Of a stretch of 64,000 nt of DNA, positions 38,068-64,000 are shown piece after piece. How positions within the stretch are numbered: the stretch's first letter is position 1; each line of letters opens with the position of its first letter. Made by a program: the position numbers and the translations under genes. Below the pieces are notes generated by a model. The model made no database searches, was not told where the DNA came from, and saw nothing but the letters and a program-made list of their open reading frames with translations. Source of the DNA: Octopus vulgaris (Eukaryota); NCBI GenBank assembly GCA_951406725.2, contig OX597833.1, forward strand, positions 61,380,001-61,444,000, read 5' to 3'.

Positions 38068-38909
38068 TCATGCATTTATAAACCACACACACACACATAT
38101 GCAAATATATTTTTTTATCTTTTATCTTTTATTTTTTACTTGTTTCAGTTATTAGACTGTGGCCATGCTGGGGCACTGATCCTGGAGAATTTTAGTCGAC
38201 TGAATCGAACCCAGAACTTATTTTAAGCCTGGTATTTATTCTATTGGTCTCTTTTGCCAAACCACTAAGCTAAGGGGACATAAACACACCAACACCGGTT
38301 TTCAAACAGTTGTTGGAGAGAAACACAGAAACACATGTATGTGTATGTGTATATATATATATATATATGTAAGTATGTATATATCGTCATCATCATTATA
38401 AATATATATATACATACATACATACATTCATACATACATACATACATACATACATACATACATACATACATACACACACACACATATATATATAGACACA
38501 TGAAAAGTTTCTTTTAGTTTCTTTCTACCAAATCCCTTCAAAAGGTTTTGGTCATCCTGAGGGTATAGTGGAAAACACTTGCCCAAGTTGCCACACAGTG
38601 GGATTGAACCCAGAACCATGTATACATTAATATTGATGTTTGTTTGTTTTTATGTTGAGTTATAATAAAAATAATTTTACACAAACTGAAGGATTGTTCA
38701 ATATATTTTGTAGAGTTGTTGTTGTTCGTTCCTTCTAGAGCCCTGCCTGGCTCATAAGGACTGGTTTCCTGGTTTCATTAGCGTATAGGTTCCCCACCTG
38801 GATGGGACACCGGTCCGTTGCAGGTGAGCTGCAAGATGCAGGAGGAAAGAGTGAGAGAAAGTTGTGGCGAGTCAGCAGAAGTTTGCCATTACCTTCTGCC
38901 AGAGCTGCT

Positions 38910-39121
38910 GTTGTTGTTGTTGTTAAGCAACAAGACGGATAAAGGTGATTAGGTGATGGTCTAGGGCTTAGGGGCGGGAGACCCCAGACCTTGGAAAAAA
39001 AACAAAAAACTTTGGTCGTCTTGTTGTAGTTGAGGGCTCTTCGTTGACACCCGACACCACTGGGAGGTGGCCCTCGAAGTTGCTGGAAATGGAGATCTCC
39101 AGGTCCAAAGTCTTGGACGGC
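38910..39121 (-). mobile_element. Family F retroposon nested in a SINE, 12-bp TSD
   Basis: gccagagctgct at 38898-38909 and 39122-39133; (AAC)n tail. Confidence 0.8.
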
Positions 39122-39620
39122 GCCAGAGCTGCTTGGAGCGCTAGGTGTTTTGCTCATAAACACACACAATGTTCGGTCCGAGATTCGAACCCACGATCCG
39201 TTGACTGCGAGTCCACTGCTCTAACCACTAGGCCATGTCCCTCCACTATTTTGTAGTGTACATATGGACTATTCTTGTACAAGAAGAGAGCCGACAGTGA
39301 CTTTGAAGTTTCAGTCTGCTAGCCAAGTGACAGTAATGGTGGTGGTGGTGGTGATGGTGGTGGTGGTGGAGGAGGAGGAAGAGGAGGAGGTAACGGCAAC
39401 AACAGCGGTGATGGTAGTGGTGGTAGCAATGGCAGCAACAGTAGCGGCAGTAAAAAATAAAATGTATTTGAAGAATGCGAAGGAACCATCATTACAAATC
39501 AAAAACACAAGCCAAAATAATCTGAGATTCTAAATCCAAAAGTTTAATGGCATCAAATTTTCAACTGAATTCTTTTTTACAAAAATTTTTTACTTTGTAT
39601 ATTTTGTGAATTTATTGACA

Positions 39621-39672
39621 ACGAAAATATAAAGAATGAAAATAAAAGACCAACAGAAAAGTAAACTTTATT
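39621..39672 (-). terminator. Candidate polyadenylation signals (two AATAAA) of the protease gene
   Basis: tttatt at 39621-39626 and 39667-39672, just downstream of the TGA at 39700. Confidence 0.5.
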
Positions 39673-39699
39673 GGAAATTTAGTTATGGCCCTCAGGTTA

Positions 39700-56931
<17,232 letters not shown>

Positions 56932-57189
56932 TTTCTTTTCTTTCTCTGGGGGGGTCGGGTTTTTTTTTTTTTTCCTTCTCCCTTTTTTTTGTCAACTGAA
57001 AATAAAAAAAATTATAAAAGGGAAATATATGATTTAATTACTTTCTTCAAATAGAACGACTGATGAGGTGAGGTGGGGGGTGGGGGTGGGGGTGGAGTGG
57101 AGTGTGGTGTGGTGGTGGGGGGAGGGGTGAAAGGAAAGGGGAAGAAAAAGGGGGCAGTGCAATTAGCCAATCGGAGGCAAGTTGCAATG

Positions 57190-57221
<32 letters not shown>

Positions 57222-57251
57222 CACCACTACCACTTCTACAACACTTACCAT

Positions 57252-57286
<35 letters not shown>

Positions 57287-57309
57287 CTACCACTACCACC
57301 ACCACCACC

Positions 57310-57363
<54 letters not shown>

Positions 57364-58262
57364 GCTGCTGCTACTGTCTATACCATCACCACTACCACCG
57401 TCACCACAATCTCCATTACCACCACATCACCACCAGCACCACCAGTACCACACCACTATCGCCATTATCACCATGATCTCCATTACCACCGCAATCACCA
57501 CCACCTCCACCATCACCACCACCACCACCACCACTATCGTACTCACCACCACCACCACTAGTGCCATTGCCACCATCATCACCATCATCACCACAATCTC
57601 CATTACCACCACCACCACCACCACCATCACCAACACCACCACCATCATCACCGCCGCCACCATCACCACTCTCAACATGATCTAGAAATGGCAACCAAAT
57701 CTCCCTCAAATTCCACCACACTGCCTTTGAGAATAAGTTAAAGGATCAATAACATTGGATAACGTAGTCCTAGATGTGCTATGCCTGTCTGTCTGCCTGT
57801 CTGTCTGCTTGCCTGTCCTGTCTGTCTGTCTGTCAGTTTGCCTAGGAAAAAATAAAATGAAATGCAATAAAATAAAGGAACAAAAGAACGGACTGGGATT
57901 GTCATGGCCGGATTGTCTTCGATCATTACATATCCGTTGGGTCAGAACTGACCACGGGTTAAATGGCAACAGCAACCGGTACTACTACCACCACTGCTGC
58001 CACCACCACAGCCGCCGCCACCACCACTACCAATACAACCACCACCACCACCACCAGCACAACTACGACCACCACCACCAACACAAACACCACCACCACC
58101 ACTACTACCACCACCACCACCACCACCACAACTACCACCACCACAAATACCACCACCACTACTACTACCACACCACCACCACTACTACTACCACCACCAC
58201 CACCACCACCACCACTACTACTACTACTACTAGCACCACCACCACCATCACTACTACTACTA
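57190..58262. repeat. Two (ACC)n/(ACT)n trinucleotide tracts
   Basis: At ~57190-57670 and ~57980-58262. Confidence 0.9.
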
Positions 58263-58986
58263 TAGAGTAATTTGCTTCTTTATTGGTGTCTGGAAGATTT
58301 GGCTGTTATTGTCCCCATCTGTCATTTTAATGAGTCTGTCTGTCCTTCTGTCCTTCTGTCCTTCTTTCCTTATGTCCTTCTGTCTGTCTGTCTGTCACTT
58401 TCTCTCTCTCTCTTTCACTCTCTCTCTTTCTCTCTCTCTCTCACTCTCTCTCTCTCTCTCTCTCTCCCTCGTCCTTGTTTGTTGTTTCAAGATTTCAAAC
58501 ACCCCTGGAGGGAGTTTTTTTTATCAGTTAATTGCCCAGATAATCATCTCGCTTGTTTGAAGTCATCCTCCTCTCCTATACATCATGCATGTAACACCGC
58601 ACCGTATGCATGTCTGTATTATTTATCTTCTACTTGTGTCAACCATTAGACTGTGGCCATGCTGGGGCACTGCCTTCAAAGGTCCAGTTGATCAAATTTG
58701 CCCCAGTGCCTTCCGTTTTCTCAATCTGGCACTTGTTTTATCAAGCTCGTTTGTTGGACCGCTAAGTTACGGGAATGTAAACAAACCAACAATAGTTGTC
58801 AAGTAGCGGTGGGAGACAATCACAAACGCAAAGACACAAATATATAGATATATAAAGATACATACATATATAAATATACAGTAGGCTTCTTTCAGTTTCT
58901 ACCTGCCAAGGCTACTCATATGGCCTGAGGCTAAAGTCGAAGATACTTACTCAGGGTGCCATGCAGTAAAACCAGAACTATGGGGC

Positions 58987-59043
<57 letters not shown>

Positions 59044-59046
59044 TTG

Positions 59047-59244
<198 letters not shown>

Positions 59245-60784
59245 CATCCATCTATCTATCTAGCTAGCTAGCTAGCTAGCTGTCTGTCTGTCTATCTATT
59301 TATCTATCTGACTGTCTGTCTCTATCTATCTGTTTGTCTGTCTGTCTGTCTGTCTATCTGTCTATCCATCTATGTGTGTGTGTGTGTATAAATATATATA
59401 TATATATAAAAACTGTCTGTCTGTCTGTCTATCTAGCTATCAATCAATCTGTCTATCAACACGCACACACACACACACACACATACACACACACACACAG
59501 GATTTATGTACAAGCTACTATAAGTTTCATACCATGGTTGGGCAAGCTTGTATTGCATGCCTTGTATTTTCAGGCAATCACTGAATCTGAAGGATTAACC
59601 TGAAACTACATGGCAGGCTATAGAAGCTTGTCAGATCATTGTATTTTCAGAGGCATGAAACTAATATTGGCTTGCATTTAAATCCTATTCATGTTAACTA
59701 ATATTTTCTCTCTCAGTGGATGGACTACATTTTTAGTAGATCCAGCCAATAGTGGGGTCTACTAGAACATGTGATGCCCAACCTTGTTTAAAGGGTACCA
59801 AGGCAGGTTGGATTAAAACAAAGAAAAGGGAGTTGGAATTTTATTTTAATAATGATGATAGTTTCAAATTTAAACACTGTAGGAATAACTTTGATGGGAA
59901 GAGAAGTTAGTTGATACCATGGACCCTGGTATTAAATGGGTCCTTATTTGATTGACCCCAAAATAATGAAAAACAAATTCAACTTTAGTGGGCTCCAAAA
60001 TCAGACCATAAGGGGTTGAAAGAAATGCCTCAAAGCATTTTGGCCCCAAAGCCCTAATGAATCTGTCAGCTCACTACCATCAATAAGAACCCTTTCTCCT
60101 ATAGACACAATGCCTGAAATTTGGTGAGATGGGGCTAGTCAATTACATTGGCCCCAGTGCATAATGGTACTTATTTCATTGACCCCGAAAGGATGAAAGA
60201 CAAAAGTCAGGACCTTTTTTTTTTTGTAGGGCCTCCCCCACCTATAGCTCTTGGAGTATTGCCCTAGAAAGCTGCACTGTTTACAAGCAGGTTCACCTAA
60301 GGAGCTACTGAGGGGTTACTTACAAGAATCAAAGTTCGTGATTGGCATGGCTGGGTAGGTGCAGGCATGGTTGAGGGATCAAAAATCCCACTTTGCAATC
60401 AGATTGTTTGGGGTTCAATCCCACTGCATGGCACTTTGAGCAAGTGTCTTCTACTATCACCCAGAGCCAACCAGAACCTTGTGAGTGGATTTGCTAGATG
60501 GGAACTGTATGCAAGCTCATCATGTGTGTGTGTCTTAGTGTTAGCCCAACCCACCACTAGACACCCAATATTGGTTTGTTTATGTCCCCATAACTTAATG
60601 GTTTAGCATAAAAACCTGTAGAGTAAGTATCGGGCTTCAAAGAATAAAAAACACAACAGGGGTTGATCTATTCAACTAAAACCCTTCAAGGCAGTGCCCC
60701 AACATAACTCAAGAATAAGGTCTTTTTCTTCTTCTTCTCTTTCCTATCCCTTCCACTTTCATAATCCCTAACAACCATTAATAG

Positions 60785-61165
60785 GCATCCGTCAATCTCG
60801 AGGGGCCATGGATCTGTGGCCGAAGAAATCATGTCAGCTGCTGATAGTGGTGCAGCATCTGTTGTTGCTGTAGATACCCACATAGGAGTGGCAGTCCCGC
60901 ATACAGCAACGACATTTGAAGGAGCCCTCTGCTAGCGCTACTGGGTTTTCCTTCCATCAAGTGCACTTTTCTTTGGTGGCCAGTTCTTGTTTTGCTTCTG
61001 CTCACTTCATCCCCTTTTGCAGTATTTGTCTCCAACGGGGGCAATCATTTGCACCCTCCTCCCATCTCGAGACGTCCAGATCAAGCGACTTCGCATCCCC
61101 CTTACAGACATCCTTGAAACGAAGATGAGGTCGTCCTCGTGCTCTTGTGCCACAGACGACAACGT
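60785..61165 (-). mobile_element. RTE-type LINE 3' end (decayed)
   Basis: - strand GTRARGRPHLRFKDVCK..WEEGANDCPRWRQ..FKCRCCMRDCHSYVGIYS, with in-frame stops. Confidence 0.75.
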
Positions 61166-61619
61166 TTAAATCACAGGAAACTTTTGTTTGGAAACTTACT
61201 AAGTTTTGCTAATCGCCTGTAAATACATAGATAAATATACAAATAAACAAACACATGTATAAACACACACATGCAACACACACACACACACACACACACG
61301 CATAGTATATTTAATCTGATAATCTGTATATCATTGCTAAAAACAATCCAAAACAACAAAAATAATGGGCTGTGGTTTTTCTGGTGACAGCTTCCTCCTC
61401 CTTTACCTGTTCTGCCTCCTCCCCTTCCACCTCCTCCTCTTCCACCTCCTCCTCCTCTTGCTTCCTTCCTTAACAACTAATTCCCAATAATCCCCAATCG
61501 AGTTTCTATTTGGATTATCCAGCCTAATAATTAAAAGCTGTATAGTCTGTAATTAATGAGAAATATGCTTGTTATTATCATCATTATTAATATTATTATC
61601 ATTATTATTATCATTATTA

Positions 61620-61830
61620 GGGTAGCAAGCTGGCAGAATCGTTAGCACGCTGGACGAAATGCTTAGCAGTATTTCGTCTGTCTTTACGTTCTGAGTTCAT
61701 ATTCCGCCAAGGTCGACTTTGCCTTTCATCCTTTCGGGGTCGATAAAATAAGTACCAGTTGAACACTGGGGTCAATGTAATTGACTCATCCCTCCCACAA
61801 AATTGCTGCCCTTGTGGCAAAATTCGAAAC

Positions 61831-61867
<37 letters not shown>

Positions 61868-62420
61868 GAGTGAGAGAGCAGTGCATGCCATCAAAGTGAC
61901 ACTGGGGTAAAATATACGAAGCCCAGTTTACCCATCATGACTACCCGTCTGATAAGGGTACACTAGGCACATGCATCACAACTATATGTGCGTGACATGG
62001 TGATCTCACATCAAGATAAACAGCGCATGACCTTGCAAGTGGGGCCCAGTAAGAATTTTCTTCCGGTCGAGTAGCCCATGCCGCTCAAAAGGTCCCTGAA
62101 TAAGGATTGCTTAAGGATGTTAAACGAACCACCCATGTTTCCAAAGGTGAATTATCCAAACCTTTAAGAATCCCTCTCAACACACGGCTATGATGCTTCC
62201 TCACTACTTCTGCTCGTGGTAAGAAATGCACATATCATCAGCCTCTAAGGGACATGCTCATCTGGTTACGGTCAAACAACTGACAAGCCAATCTGTGGTA
62301 TTGAGCAGAATATTTGCTGTAGCCCATCTTTTATACCAAGACAAAACAATGTACATGATAACACTTCGAATCAGTTAAGATCAGAAGCCATGAGAGCCAC
62401 TGCCTGGTACTGCATCGGGT
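61620..62420 (+). mobile_element. SINE family B followed by a family E repeat
   Basis: B at 61620-61830, then (TTA)n, then E at 61867-62420. Confidence 0.75.
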
Positions 62421-62421
62421 C

Positions 62422-62541
<120 letters not shown>

Positions 62542-62621
62542 CATTATTATTATTATTATTATTATTATTGGCAATTAAGATCAGGAGCCATGAGAGCCTC
62601 TGCCTGGTACTGCATCAGGTC

Positions 62622-62660
<39 letters not shown>

Positions 62661-63022
62661 CATCATCATCATCATCATCATCATCCTCATTATTATTATT
62701 ATTATTATTATTATTGTTATTATTGGCAATTAGTCTAATTGTAGTTTGGAACGGAGTTACGTACATGCACACGAATGTGCATGTATGCACATGTACACAT
62801 ACAAACGCAGACCCATACACTCTGCTGCACAACCTGTACCATGCATAAACGTAGGCACAAGGGTGCGTACAGAAATGTATACATACAGCCATCTATGCTT
62901 ATACGTAAACACACTTATACGTAGATGTGTCTACATATGTGTGCGTGAGTGTTTATGTATATGGCTGTATGTGTGTATGCATGTGTGTTTATGTGTATTC
63001 TGTGTGTGTGTGTGTGTGTGTG

Positions 63023-63084
<62 letters not shown>

Positions 63085-63217
63085 AAAAATTTATTACCAG
63101 TGCTTATAATTAAATGTAATATTGAGACATCAAAAAGTATTCAGGCCATTCTTCAGATTATTCAGATACGCACAACAAAAGAATAACCGGCTACATTTAT
63201 ATGTATATGTGTGTGTG

Positions 63218-63303
<86 letters not shown>

Positions 63304-63809
63304 TATATATATATATACACACACATATATATATACATATATATACTAATATAAGGGTTTAGCAACGTTAGTATTACACAAGTATATATGTGTGTATATA
63401 TATATAATGTATATATATATTTCACCCTTTATGTATTTATCTATTTATGTATACATGTATGTATGCATATTTGTATATGAATGCATAATAAGCTCTTTTG
63501 TAAATCATTAATTTGGTATATATATCTATATATACTCCTCCCCTCCACATCTGTTTATGCATATATGTATGTATGTATACATGTTTGTATATGAATGCAT
63601 AATTTCTTTTGTAAATCATTAATTTGGTTAATTCTTCTCCTCCTCCACACCCAACTCCTCTTCCTCTCTCTCCTCCTCCCCCTCATAACTTTTATCATCA
63701 TCATGATCATCATCATTATTAATATTATTATTGTCATCATCGTCAGTATTATATTTTGCGCTTTAATCTGCTTGATGGTTTTATTGAAATCAGCATAGGA
63801 CAGAGTGAC

Positions 63810-63859
<50 letters not shown>

Positions 63860-64000
63860 GCACATACATATGGCCAGGCCTGTTGCTAAATGTGAGTACA
63901 TGTCATTGAAAAGGCCCCAAAAAAACCAAAACACATTTGGCATTCTTGCTGGCCACTGCTGGGGCATTTTTACCTCTCCCTCTGATTTTATTGTTTTTTT

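Overview
Repeat-rich, AT-rich animal genomic DNA. The SINE families and microsatellite load look like an octopus or other coleoid cephalopod; this is inference, not shown directly. By reading splice sites and checking frame phases I reconstructed three intact multi-exon genes. Two are tandem, about 95%-identical copies of a mitochondrial proline/hydroxyproline dehydrogenase (PRODH2-like; + strand; CDS 1155..16974 and 22630..38067; 10 coding exons; 493 aa each). The third is a convergent secreted chymotrypsin-fold (S1A) serine protease (- strand; CDS 56931..39700; 7 coding exons; 313 aa). The ~21 kb duplication also copied the last protease exon, which survives at 17709..17858 with an 18-nt deletion removing the catalytic GDSGG motif and the splice acceptor. 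Introns are filled with Tc1/mariner, hAT, Helitron, LTR, CR1/L2- and RTE-type LINE remnants, SINEs and simple repeats. Notable signals: a head-to-head pair of minimal hammerhead-ribozyme motifs with a G3-C8 swapped core; an intact tRNA-Val(CAC) fused to a LINE 3' tail (possible nascent SINE); Ala at the PRODH substrate-specificity position; and a protease with apparent disulfide rewiring, a non-tryptic activation site and basic loop insertions. No database searches were run.
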